The notes under the pieces are model-generated. The model was given only the letters and a program-made list of their open reading frames with translations, was not told where the DNA came from and did no database searches. A DNA stretch of 64,000 bases from Clostridia bacterium (GTDB lineage: Bacteria; Bacillota; Clostridia; Christensenellales; CAG-138): the NCBI GenBank assembly GCA_017614315.1, contig JAGACA010000013.1:5597-69596 (forward strand), in the 5' to 3' direction. The translations under genes were made by a program, and so were the position numbers. Shown here piece by piece: positions 28,099 through 37,563 of this stretch. Numbering within the stretch: the first letter of the stretch is position 1; each line of letters begins with the position of its first letter.

Positions 28099-28342
28099 CG
28101 ACGATCTCTCCGTGAACGCATACACGCCCGCCGTCGGGGCATTTGACGTCGAACGCCTTCGCCGAGGCCTCGCCGCAGTCGAGCGACGCGCCGTTCAAAA
28201 GCGCGAAGACGCAGGGATACGCGGCGTTCCAGAGCTCGTGGCAGAGAGGCGGGCAGATATCCTCCACGATGAACTCGTCGCCTTTTTTGTGATAGCCGCA
28301 TCTGCATGCGCTTTCGGTAACGGTCAGCTTGACTTTCGGCAT
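28088..28342 (-). CDS. TIGR04076 family Cys-rich small protein
   Basis: CRCG.HK.GD.F, CPPLC.ELW...YP and CPDG. Confidence 0.8.
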   Translation of the reverse strand: MPKVKLTVTESACRCGYHKKGDEFIVEDICPPLCHELWNAAYPCVFALLNGASLDCGEASAKAFDVKCPDGGRVCVHGEIVDGI

Positions 28343-28373
28343 GAGTGGGATCCTTTCTTTACCGCTTGTTTAC

Positions 28374-29009
28374 TCATTCCCCGTCGTATAAGCTCATTTC
28401 GTCGACCCAGACGGGGTCGTTTTTGATCCTGCCGTTCTCGGATCTGCATTTGGGACAGACCGCCTGACGGCTCGTGTATCTCGCGCCGCACCTCGAGCAT
28501 CGGTATACGGCCTTTCCGAAAAGATGTTCCTCCTTATACCATATTCCCGTCCTGCGCGATCTGCGGTCCTCGATCCTGTTGGTTATGCTGTAAGCCTTTG
28601 AAACGGGCTTCGTTTCGACTATCCTGTATCTGCTTTTGTCCTTGTATCTTTTTCTCAAAGCCCGTCTTTCGTCCCTGTCGGTGACGGCGTCGGCGTACCC
28701 GTTCGCCGTTTTTACTCTCTTGACGGAGATATCTATCGGGATGCGCATGTCGGCAGCCCTTTGTGCGGAGCTTTCCCCGATAATCGCCTTGCGGATGACC
28801 TTCTTCGTCTTGTCGAGGGGATAAGGAACGTTCTTTTTCTCATATACGCCGACGTGTGTGACGATCGCCGCCTTTTCCTCCGCGCCCGCCGGTACGATCA
28901 CCCGGTCGTTCACGCGGATGCTCCTGTCGTTCGTGCGGTAGCAGTAAAAGTGTCTTCCTCCCGGAAAACAGACGAAAACGTATATGTATTTCCTGCCGAA
29001 TAAGCCCAT
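28374..29009 (-). CDS. hypothetical protein with a C-terminal zinc ribbon
   Basis: RBS AAGGAGG; CSRC...CPKC; N-terminal small beta-domain (Y.Y...D....GD.V.VP.G). Confidence 0.7.
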   Translation of the reverse strand: MGLFGRKYIYVFVCFPGGRHFYCYRTNDRSIRVNDRVIVPAGAEEKAAIVTHVGVYEKKNVPYPLDKTKKVIRKAIIGESSAQRAADMRIPIDISVKRVKTANGYADAVTDRDERRALRKRYKDKSRYRIVETKPVSKAYSITNRIEDRRSRRTGIWYKEEHLFGKAVYRCSRCGARYTSRQAVCPKCRSENGRIKNDPVWVDEMSLYDGE

Positions 29010-29117
29010 GCCGTTCCTCCTTTTTGATTATACACTATCGCGGCGGATCGTCATAGACAAATTTCGGTACTCAAATCGTCCGCAGGAAAATATATTATCG
29101 GATCGGCTGCGGCAAGG

Positions 29118-29410
29118 GCAGATGGAGAGATTTGCTTCTCCGCCCTTCGAATCTCCTCATTAATAAAACAACCCGTTTCAGTCCTGTTGGGCTGAAACGG
29201 GTTGGTGCAGATGGAGAGATTCGGTTTTTCGCGCATCGGGTCTCGAAGCCGGCTCACACCGCAGCCTTCTCGCCCTGCAACGAAAAACACGGGGCGGGCA
29301 AATCATCCACCGGATGATTTGCTTCTCCGCCCTTCGAATCTCCTCATTAATAAAACAACCCGTTTCAGTCCTGTTGGGCTGAAACGGGTTGGTGCAGATG
29401 ACCTGATTCG
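29118..29410. repeat. tRNA-linked tandem repeat, 187-bp period
   Basis: 29129-29213 is identical to 29316-29400; copies of the tRNA-Leu 3' end at about 29118-29132, 29203-29223 and 29390-29410. Confidence 0.9.
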
Positions 29411-30650
29411 CTGTCAAAAAAGCCTTGATTTTACACTGCTTTTTCAGATGCCGTGTGCAACCGGTGTGCAACGGAAGATGATCCAACTTAACTCAAGCTA
29501 TTCTTTATTCGGTCATTCATGGAATATTCGAAATCTAGGAAATAAAAAAGGCGGGAGGTCTCGCATCGTAAAAATGCAAACCCTCCCGCCAAAGTTTTTT
29601 CGAGTGTCAATTACCCGGCTGTTTTAAGAAGCTTGATGAAAAGTTTATGTCTCCGGATCACTCCGGGCCATGCGACATTGCTTCGTTCCTTGATACGCCC
29701 GAAGGCGAGGAGGCGGATATGAAAAAACAAGATGCATATCAAACGGTGCATTATCTTGTGATGAGTTTAGGAGGATAGAATTGACCAAATAAGGGCTCGT
29801 CAGAGGTAGTTATATGAACAAGATTACAGATATAACCAGAAGGGATATAATAGATATTATCAACAACGGGTTTATCGAACAATTGGATGGCCCGGTTTAT
29901 GATAATGAAAAAGGGGCTTTTGTTACTGAAAGAGCTATTTTCATGCCGTTCTATGGTCGGCTTGATGAGATCGGCTTCTTCTCGAGGCTGTATGATTTGA
30001 CTACATTGCCTTCATACGACCATAGGTATCATGATGCCTTGGGAGACATCAAATGTCACCTTGGTTGGGGAGACTATGAAAAAGGTTGGTTTTTTCATGA
30101 TCGAAGATTCAAGCTGCTTCCGGAAAATGGCGACGAGCCTCTCCTTAACTTTATCTGTGAAATGCTGCACCCAGCCGTACGTGCCACAAATTCTCCATGG
30201 AAGCTATACTTGGAAAAGTTTAACGAATTGCTGCGTGCTGACGGTTATGAGATATATGCTGCTCAGCATATATCTGGAAGGGATGTTTTCAAGGCAAGGC
30301 CCTATACGCCGTTAGAAACTCAATTGCTGCCGGACAACCTTTTCACAGAGCGTTATAAAGAACTGATAATCATTGGCGAAGGAGTGGCGGCGATTACCTA
30401 TTTGACGATTGTATCCGCATTTTTACTGTTGAAGTTTCAGATCGCAGAAGCCAAAAACTTTTCCATTGCTACAAGAAAATCTGCTCCGAGCCCGTGTGCA
30501 ACCGGTGTGCAACGCATACGACTTTTAACATTCTCAAGCCGATTCAAGTCGAAATACCGAGCTTCAAAAAAGCCTTATGATCATTGGATTTTAGGCGTTT
30601 TGAGAAAAGAAAGATCCGGGTTAAGAAAACCCGGATTTTGGTGCAGATGG
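29390..30650. mobile_element. integrase-less mini-island/remnant inserted at the tRNA-Leu 3' end
   Basis: Abrupt AT-rich segment flanked by TGGTGCAGATG direct repeats, with an identical 23-bp CCGTGTGCAACCGGTGTGCAACG at 29451 and 30492. Confidence 0.7.
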
Positions 30651-30689
30651 AGAGATTCGAACTCTCAAGCTTTCGCCGACGGATTTTAA
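29814..30689 (+). pseudogene. truncated AbiJ N-terminal-domain-like protein; the ORF tail reads through the att region
   Basis: ITDITRRDI...GRLDE..F.SRLYDL..LPS.D.R...A.GDI..H...F.CE.LHP.VR...N..L..DG.E pattern; after about 30380 the ORF runs over the arm site and antisense into the tRNA. Confidence 0.65.
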
Positions 30690-30721
30690 GTCCGTTGTGT
30701 ATGCCGTTCCACCACATCTGC
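30639..30721 (-). tRNA. tRNA-Leu(UAA)
   Basis: GCAGATG acceptor stem, ACGGA-CTTAAAA-TCCGT anticodon arm, long variable arm, GAGAG-TTCGAAT-CTCTC T arm and an encoded CCA. Confidence 0.97.
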
Positions 30722-30730
30722 GTCCCGGTA

Positions 30731-30759
30731 ATTATACAACGGATCGGTTACTCCGTCAA
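30731..30759 (-). promoter_or_regulatory. sigma70 promoter of tRNA-Leu
   Basis: TTGACG-17 nt-TATAAT on the minus strand. Confidence 0.8.
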
Positions 30760-30773
30760 CCGCAATTATCTTT

Positions 30774-32057
30774 TTAAATCACGCGATCGGTGATGCAGTC
30801 GTACCAGTGCACGTACGTTTCGCCGTTGATCGTGAGCGTTTCGTTCTCCGGATACATCTCGTTCCAAAGCTTTCCGAAGCTTTCGACGCGCCAGTCGTTT
30901 TTGTTGAAGCGGCGCCAGAGCACCGTCCTGCCGGTCGTGTCGATATACTGCTCGGTCGCTACGCCGTCGCCGCAGTAATCCTCGACGTCCATAACGCATA
31001 TCGTGTCGTAGGTCTTTCCGCTGATCGTGACTGAGTACCTGCCGACCACGTCGATGAGCTGCTTTTTGTCCTTAGCGGACACGGCGCTGCCGTTCCTCGT
31101 GATGTCGCCCTTCGGGGCTATATCGGTCTCGTTGCCGCAGTTGTCCTCGCCGAATCCCCAGTTGTTGAGGAATTCATCGCCGTCCAGGAAGGTGTGATAC
31201 TTCATGACGCCTCCCTCCTCGTGGGCTTCCGCGAGCATGCGGCAGTGCGTGGCGGTGAGCTGAGCGACGAAACGGCGCTCGTTGTAACTGCGGTCGTCGA
31301 TGCGGTTGTTCTCCATGGGCTCATATTCCTTCGCGAGTATGGAAACGCCCTCGACGCCGTGCACTTCGGCGCGGCCTGTGACCTCCTCGGTCACGTATTC
31401 GGCGCGGTTCCTCTTGGGGAAATCGTACATCGCCCATTCGAGCTTTTCCCCAAGCTTCGGGACTATGAACCAACCCATTACCTCCTCCCACTTGACCCTG
31501 AAGGGGGCTTTGTCCGTGGGCTTTATCGTGTATTCGGGCATTGTTTCGGGCATCTTCGTTAACATGTTTTTCACTCCTTTCGGCGGGTAGGGATAAAGTT
31601 TTTCAAAATGCTTCCTGGCCGAGCTCAGCCTGCTCTTGACCGTGCCTTCGGCTATGCCGAGCTTCTTCGCGATCTCGGGGATCTTCATGTCCTCAAAGTA
31701 ATGAAACCTCAGTATCTCGCGGTCGCCGGACGAGAGCTCCTCGAGCGTTTCCATGACGGGCGACGCGCCGATCAGTCCGACGCGGCTCATCGTGAGCTCG
31801 TTCTCCGGTACGGAGTCGATCGGAACCTCGTCGGTGCGCTTCCTGTAAAAGTCCGCGCATTTGTGACGGGCTATGCCGATGATCCATATGCGGAACCGTT
31901 CCGTATCCATGGTCGGGTCGAATCCGCGGAACGCGGCCAGCCTGACCTCCTGCAGAACGTCGTCGGCGTCGTGCCTGCCGCTTATTTTGAACCTTACGAA
32001 CCTTGTAAGCGCGGGATCGATCAGCTCGAGCATTTCCTCAAACGTCATCCTTTCCAC
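30774..32057 (-). CDS. ECF sigma-70 factor with a soluble C-terminal extension of about 260 aa
   Basis: Region 2 (DADDVLQEV, WIIGIARHKCADFYRK) and region 4 (EIAKKLGIAEGTVKSRLSSAR), followed by an unknown domain. Confidence 0.88.
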   Translation of the reverse strand: MERMTFEEMLELIDPALTRFVRFKISGRHDADDVLQEVRLAAFRGFDPTMDTERFRIWIIGIARHKCADFYRKRTDEVPIDSVPENELTMSRVGLIGASPVMETLEELSSGDREILRFHYFEDMKIPEIAKKLGIAEGTVKSRLSSARKHFEKLYPYPPKGVKNMLTKMPETMPEYTIKPTDKAPFRVKWEEVMGWFIVPKLGEKLEWAMYDFPKRNRAEYVTEEVTGRAEVHGVEGVSILAKEYEPMENNRIDDRSYNERRFVAQLTATHCRMLAEAHEEGGVMKYHTFLDGDEFLNNWGFGEDNCGNETDIAPKGDITRNGSAVSAKDKKQLIDVVGRYSVTISGKTYDTICVMDVEDYCGDGVATEQYIDTTGRTVLWRRFNKNDWRVESFGKLWNEMYPENETLTINGETYVHWYDCITDRVI

Positions 32058-32350
32058 CTCCTTTTTTTGTTTTTCAAAGCGCTTTCACCGTAATAGTCGC
32101 AAAGACGCCCCGAAAGGTTCGGCGCGGGGAAAATATATTTTTTCCGGCCGCCCTTACCGAGCCTTTCTCGAAACTATTTTCACACTCCGCGCGGCTTTTG
32201 TCAACCGTCGGGACGAAACGCGGTATTTTCGTTAAAATATATATTGAAAACCACTTTATCTGAACGGGGTTTGGTTATATAATAAAGGGGATAATGCGGG
32301 GAAGGTATGACCTTTTCCGAAGCAAATTTTCAAGAAGGAACAGGTGTGAT

Positions 32351-33427
32351 ATGGACGAACTGAAAAAAACTCCGCTTTACGAGGCGCATATCGCTCTCGG
32401 CGGCAAAATGGTCGATTTCGGCGGCTGGGCTCTGCCCGTGCAGTACAGCTCCATAATCGAGGAGCACAAGGCCGTCAGGACTGCCTGCGGTCTGTTTGAC
32501 GTTTCCCACATGGGTGAGGTTTTCGTGGTCGGCAATTCCGCTTTCGATTACATCCAGAACCTCGTCACCAACGACATCACCACCATGACTCCCGGCCGCT
32601 GCCGCTACGCAGTCATGTGCTATGAGGACGGCGGCGCTGTCGACGACGTCCTGATCTATAAGTTTGCGGACGACCGTTATATGCTCGTCGTGAACGCCGC
32701 GAACACCGCAAAGGATATCGAGTGGATGAAGAAGAACGTTATGGGCGACGTTCAGATCATCGACGAGAGCCCCCTCTGGGCGCAGCTCGCTCTCCAGGGC
32801 CCGAAGTTCGAGGAAGTCCTCCGTGCCGCCGGCTACGAAGGCGAGATCCCCGCGAAGAATTACACCTTCACCGAGAACAACGTCGTTGCCGGCGTTAACT
32901 GTCTCGTCTCCCGCACCGGTTATACCGGCGAGGACGGCGTCGAGCTCTACTGCAAGGCGGCCGACGCGATGAAGCTCCATGCCGCGCTGCTTGCTGCCGG
33001 CAAGGAATTCGGTCTTCTCCCCTGCGCGCTCGGCGCGAGGGACACCCTCCGTTTCGAGGCGTCCATGCCCCTTTACGGTCACGAGATGAGCGACAAGATC
33101 AACCCCGTCGAGTGCGGCGTCGATTTCGCCGTCAAGTTCAAGAAGCCCGCCTTCATCGGCCGTGAGGCTCTCATTCAGCCCGCAAAGCGCATGCGCATCG
33201 GCCTCAAGGTCCTCAAGGGTCTTGCCCGCGAGCATATGCCCGTTCTCGCGAACGGCGTCGAGGTCGGCTTCACCACCTCCGGCGGTCCCGCTCCCAGCCT
33301 CGGCGGAAATTACGCCATGGCGATCGTCCCCGTCGACGTTCCAGAAGACGCCGTGTGGACGATCGACGTCCGCGGCAGGCAGATTCCCTGCGAGCGCGTC
33401 GCTCTTCCGTTCTATAAACGCGCGTAA
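32351..33427 (+). CDS. gcvT: glycine cleavage system aminomethyltransferase T
   Basis: KTPLY, FGGWALPVQY, LFDVSHMGE, RTGYTGEDG and GARDTLRFEA. Confidence 0.96.
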   Translation: MDELKKTPLYEAHIALGGKMVDFGGWALPVQYSSIIEEHKAVRTACGLFDVSHMGEVFVVGNSAFDYIQNLVTNDITTMTPGRCRYAVMCYEDGGAVDDVLIYKFADDRYMLVVNAANTAKDIEWMKKNVMGDVQIIDESPLWAQLALQGPKFEEVLRAAGYEGEIPAKNYTFTENNVVAGVNCLVSRTGYTGEDGVELYCKAADAMKLHAALLAAGKEFGLLPCALGARDTLRFEASMPLYGHEMSDKINPVECGVDFAVKFKKPAFIGREALIQPAKRMRIGLKVLKGLAREHMPVLANGVEVGFTTSGGPAPSLGGNYAMAIVPVDVPEDAVWTIDVRGRQIPCERVALPFYKRA

Positions 33428-33483
33428 GGCACGTCCGTGCTTTCGTTATAAAAACAAAAACTACCATATGGAGGTAAAATAAT

Positions 33484-33858
33484 ATGGCACCCAATGATCG
33501 TAAATACACCCGTGACCACGAGTGGGTAATGGTTGAAGGCAGCATCGCGAAGATGGGCATCACCGTCCATGCCGCCGAGGCTCTCGGCGATATCGTATAC
33601 GTCGAGCTCCCCGCCGTCGGGGACGAGACCGTTATGGGCGAAAGCTACTGCGTAGTCGAGTCCGTCAAGGCGAGCTCCTCCGTCTACTCCGCCGTCACCG
33701 GCAAGGTCGTCGAGGTCAACGAAGAGCTTGACGGCGCTCCCGAGAAGCTGAACGAGGACGCTTTCGCGAACTTCATCGCCGCCGTTGAGTTCACCGAGAT
33801 CAACGAGGACGAGCTCATGAACGCCGACGAGTACGAAAAGTTCTGCGCCGAGGAATAA
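33484..33858 (+). CDS. gcvH: glycine cleavage system H protein
   Basis: HEWV, LGDIVYVELP and the lipoyl-Lys motif VESVKA. Confidence 0.96.
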   Translation: MAPNDRKYTRDHEWVMVEGSIAKMGITVHAAEALGDIVYVELPAVGDETVMGESYCVVESVKASSSVYSAVTGKVVEVNEELDGAPEKLNEDAFANFIAAVEFTEINEDELMNADEYEKFCAEE

Positions 33859-33930
33859 TCGAATAATCCGCTCTTCCGCCGGCGAGTATGATCGTCGGCG
33901 GAAATGATATTTCAGAAAAGGAGTCCTTTT

Positions 33931-35271
33931 ATGAGATCTTACGTTCCGAACACCGAAAAAGAACGTCGGGAAATGCTCGAATCCATCGGCATGACCGAGA
34001 TGGACGATCTTTTTGCGGATATCCCCAAGGATCTGAGGCTTGACCGTCCTCTCGATCTTCCTCAGCCCATGAGCGAGATGGAGCTTCGCGACCTGCTTTT
34101 TGATTACGTCAGCATGAATGACGAGGGCGGCCCCCTCTTCCGCGGCGCGGGCGCGTACCGTCACTACATCCCCTCGCTGGTGCCGCAGCTTGCCGCGAGG
34201 AGCGAGTTCTATACCGCGTACACCCCCTATCAGGCCGAGATGAGCCAGGGCATGCTCCAGAGCCTCTTCGAGTATCAGACCGTGATCTGCGATCTGACCG
34301 GGCTCGACGCCGCCAACGCCTCCGTTTACGACGGCGCCACCGCGGCGGCCGAAGCGATGCTCATGCTGCGCGACAACAAGAGAAAGAAAAAGATACTCTA
34401 CGCGGCCTCCCTCAATCCAAACGTCGTCACCGTCATGAAGACCTACGCGCACTGCGCCGGTCTTGAGCTCGTCGAGATCCCGATGACGGACAAGGGCGTT
34501 ACGGATATCGACGCTGTCGCCGCCAATATGGAAGGCGCGGCGGGCTATATCGCCGCCAACCCCAACTATTACGGCTGCCTTGAGCCGATGGACGAGGTCG
34601 CGAACGCCGTTCACGCGGCGGGCGGTCTTCTGGTCGCATACGTCAACCCCATCACCCTCGGCGTCATCCGCCGCCCGGGCGATTACGGCGCGGACATCGC
34701 GATCGGCGACGGCCAGCCCCTGGGTCTGCCCCTTTCGTTCGGCGGCCCGTATGTCGGGTTCATGGCCGCGACCAAGAAGCTCATGCGCAACCTCCCCGGC
34801 CGTATCGCCGGCGAGACCGCCGACGCGGAGGGCAACCGCGTGTTCGTACTGACGCTTCAGGCGCGCGAACAGCATATCCGCCGCGAGATGGCCTCCTCTA
34901 ATATCTGCTCCAACCAGATGCTCTGCGCGATAATGGCTTCCATGTACTGCTGCACGATGGGCCCCGCCGGCATGCGCGAGGTCGCCGAGCAGAACATCAA
35001 TAAGGCGCATTTCCTCGCCTCGAAGCTCTGCGCGATAAAGGGCGTCAAGCTCCGCTACCCGAACACGCCGTTCTTCAACGAGTTCGTCATCGACGTCGAT
35101 AACGCCGCCGAGATCAACGAGGCGCTCGCCAAGTATTCCATCACCGGCGGTCTGGTGCTTCCGGACGGCGGCATGCTCTGGTGCGCTACCGAGATGAACA
35201 GCGCCGACGAGTTCGATTTCGTCTGCGATCTGATCCAGGACACCCTCGATCCCATGGGAGGTGAAGACTGA
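33931..35271 (+). CDS. gcvPA: glycine dehydrogenase (decarboxylating) subunit 1
   Basis: [25 protein letters not shown] and [16 protein letters not shown]. Confidence 0.96.
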   Translation: MRSYVPNTEKERREMLESIGMTEMDDLFADIPKDLRLDRPLDLPQPMSEMELRDLLFDYVSMNDEGGPLFRGAGAYRHYIPSLVPQLAARSEFYTAYTPYQAEMSQGMLQSLFEYQTVICDLTGLDAANASVYDGATAAAEAMLMLRDNKRKKKILYAASLNPNVVTVMKTYAHCAGLELVEIPMTDKGVTDIDAVAANMEGAAGYIAANPNYYGCLEPMDEVANAVHAAGGLLVAYVNPITLGVIRRPGDYGADIAIGDGQPLGLPLSFGGPYVGFMAATKKLMRNLPGRIAGETADAEGNRVFVLTLQAREQHIRREMASSNICSNQMLCAIMASMYCCTMGPAGMREVAEQNINKAHFLASKLCAIKGVKLRYPNTPFFNEFVIDVDNAAEINEALAKYSITGGLVLPDGGMLWCATEMNSADEFDFVCDLIQDTLDPMGGED

Positions 35272-36719
35272 TGCGTTCCGAATACAAACTGATCTTTGAG
35301 CGTTCCCACGAAGGACGCCGGGCTTACGATCTGCCCGCCTGCGACGTTCCCTCCGCCATTCTCGAGATACCCGACGGGATGCGCGCGAAGGAGCCCCTTA
35401 AGCTTCCCGAGCTGGGCGAGGTCGATCTTGTCCGTCATTACACCAATCTTTCCCGCAGGAACTTCGGCGTGGACAACGGCTTCTATCCCCTCGGCTCCTG
35501 CACGATGAAGTACAATCCCAAGATCAACGAGGAGCTTGCTCCCATGTTCGACGACGTGCATCCCCTGCTCGACGCCGAGATGTGTCAGGGCTGTCTTGCC
35601 CTCATGCGCGACATGGAAGGCATGCTCTGCGAGATCTGCGGCATGGACGCCTTCACTCTCCAGCCCGCGGCCGGCGCTCACGGTGAGCTGACCGGACTTA
35701 TGCATATTAGGGCTTATCACGAGCATCGCGGCGATCTTGAGCGCAAAGTAATGATCGTTCCCGACGCGGCGCACGGCACCAATCCCGCCTCCGCCGCCAT
35801 GGCCGGCTTCAAGGTGAAGGAGATCAAGTCCGCTCCCGACGGCGGCGTCGATCTCGACGCTCTCCGCGAGGCGGTGGGTCCCGATACCGCGGGTCTTATG
35901 CTCACGAACCCCTCGACGCTCGGCCTCTTCGAGCGCAACATCAAGGAGATCGCGAAGATCGTCCACGAGGCTGGCGGCCTGCTCTATTACGACGGAGCGA
36001 ACCTCAACGCCATAATGGGCATCGTCCGTCCGGGCGACATGGGTTTCGACGTTATGCATATCAACCTGCATAAGACCTTCTCCACGCCTCACGGCGGCGG
36101 CGGCCCCGGCTCCGGTCCGGTCGGCGTAAAGAAGCACCTCATCCCCTTCATGCCCGTTCCGCGCATCGCGGAAAACGACGACGGCGAGCTCTTCCTCGAT
36201 TACGACAAGCCCGAGACCATCGGCAAGATCAAGAGCTTCTACGGCAACTTCGGCGTTATCGTCAAGGCTTACTGCTATATCCGCTCCCTCGGCGCGAAGG
36301 GTCTTAAGGAGGCCTCCGAGAACGCGGTGCTGAACGCCAACTACATCATGAATCAGCTCCGCGGCGTGTACGACATCCCCCACGACCGCATCTGCATGCA
36401 CGAGTGCGTCGTCACCCCGACCGAGGATATGATGGCAAACGGCGTCCACACCTCCGACGTCGCAAAGGCGCTGATCGACCGCGGGTATCATCCCCCGACG
36501 ATCTACTTCCCGCTGATCGTGCATGAGGCGATGATGATCGAGCCCACCGAGTCCGAGTCCGTCGAGACCCTCGACGAGTTCGTTGAGGCGATGAAGGGCA
36601 TCGCGGATCAGGTCAAGTCCGATCCCGCCGCCATCCACGCGGCGCCCGTCACCACCCCCGTCGGCCGTCCCGACGAGGTCACCGCGGCAAGGAAGCCGAT
36701 AGTCAAGTACGAGTGGTAA
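35271..36719 (+). CDS. gcvPB: glycine dehydrogenase (decarboxylating) subunit 2
   Basis: [20 protein letters not shown] and the PLP Lys in [16 protein letters not shown]. Confidence 0.97.
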   Translation: MRSEYKLIFERSHEGRRAYDLPACDVPSAILEIPDGMRAKEPLKLPELGEVDLVRHYTNLSRRNFGVDNGFYPLGSCTMKYNPKINEELAPMFDDVHPLLDAEMCQGCLALMRDMEGMLCEICGMDAFTLQPAAGAHGELTGLMHIRAYHEHRGDLERKVMIVPDAAHGTNPASAAMAGFKVKEIKSAPDGGVDLDALREAVGPDTAGLMLTNPSTLGLFERNIKEIAKIVHEAGGLLYYDGANLNAIMGIVRPGDMGFDVMHINLHKTFSTPHGGGGPGSGPVGVKKHLIPFMPVPRIAENDDGELFLDYDKPETIGKIKSFYGNFGVIVKAYCYIRSLGAKGLKEASENAVLNANYIMNQLRGVYDIPHDRICMHECVVTPTEDMMANGVHTSDVAKALIDRGYHPPTIYFPLIVHEAMMIEPTESESVETLDEFVEAMKGIADQVKSDPAAIHAAPVTTPVGRPDEVTAARKPIVKYEW

Positions 36720-36729
36720 AAGAACAACT

Positions 36730-36757
36730 AAAAACTCCGCCGCAAGGCGGAGTTTTT
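36730..36757. terminator. bidirectional intrinsic terminator
   Basis: AAAAACTCCGCC-GCAA-GGCGGAGTTTTT. Confidence 0.85.
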
Positions 36758-36765
36758 GTTTGCGT

Positions 36766-37563
36766 TTATCCTCTCCCGAACCTTTTGTCGATCGCCTTTT
36801 CGAGCCACGCGACGGCGTAGTACATGATCGCCGCGAGCGCACAGAGTATCACTATGCTCGCCATGACGAGGTCGAGCTTGAAAACCTGTCCGCCGTAGAC
36901 GATGAGATAGCCGAGCCCGCGCTTCGAAACGAGGTATTCGCCGACGATCACGCCTACCCAGCTCATGCCTACCGAGATCTTGAGCGCGCTCATCAATGTC
37001 GGTACGGAACCCGGCAGAACGACCTTCATGAAGGTCTGCAGCCGGTTCGCGCCGAGCGTCGCCATTAGCTTGAGCTTCGCCGGATCGGTCTCGATGAACC
37101 CCGCGAGCACCGTCATCACCGTGACGACCGTCGACACGAGGAGCGCCATAACGATTATCGCCGAAGCTCCCGCGCCTACCCACACGATGAGTATGGGGCC
37201 GAGGGCTATCTTCGGCAGGGCGTTGAGCACCACGAGATAGGGATCGAGCACCCTTTCGGCGAACGGGCAGAACCACAGGAGCACGGCTGCCGCAACGCCT
37301 ATCGCCGTGCCCGATACGAAACCCGCGACCGTTTCGAGGAAGGTGGCGAATATATGCGGGAAGAGGTCGTGCGACGAATAGAGCGAGGCGATCGTCCTGA
37401 CCACCCTCGCGGGGGACGACACGATGAACGCGTCCGCCATGCCGAGGCGCACCGCGCCCTCCCATGCGCCGAGGAGCAGCGCGAGGAGTATTATCTGCGC
37501 CGCTCTTTTGAGCGCCGCCTGCCGTTTGAGCCTTTTTAAGTACAGTTCATGCTCCGCGCTCAT
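36766..37563 (-). CDS. NitT/TauT family ABC transporter permease
   Basis: SSP..V, LNALPKIALGP, GA...Q.F.KV.LP and GEYL....GLGYLI. Confidence 0.9.
   Translation of the reverse strand: MSAEHELYLKRLKRQAALKRAAQIILLALLLGAWEGAVRLGMADAFIVSSPARVVRTIASLYSSHDLFPHIFATFLETVAGFVSGTAIGVAAAVLLWFCPFAERVLDPYLVVLNALPKIALGPILIVWVGAGASAIIVMALLVSTVVTVMTVLAGFIETDPAKLKLMATLGANRLQTFMKVVLPGSVPTLMSALKISVGMSWVGVIVGEYLVSKRGLGYLIVYGGQVFKLDLVMASIVILCALAAIMYYAVAWLEKAIDKRFGRG

Noticed and set aside
29203-29345. Second or intron-containing tRNA
   Set aside because: Only the T-arm half and 3' acceptor strand are present; there is no 5' acceptor strand, D arm or anticodon arm
29118-29410. Possible CRISPR array
   Set aside because: The repeat is 85 bp in only two copies, contains the tRNA 3' end, and no cas genes are present
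29051-29627. Short ORFs predicted across the tRNA-linked repeats
   Set aside because: They are translations of repeat and hairpin DNA, with duplicated peptides and no RBS
30380-30490. Integrase remnant at the right end of the islet
   Set aside because: I could not see tyrosine- or serine-recombinase motifs in the frames read
32060-32350. Glycine riboswitch upstream of gcvT
   Set aside because: No GGAGA...CCGAAG...TCAGG aptamer pattern is visible, and the putative promoter is too close to the start
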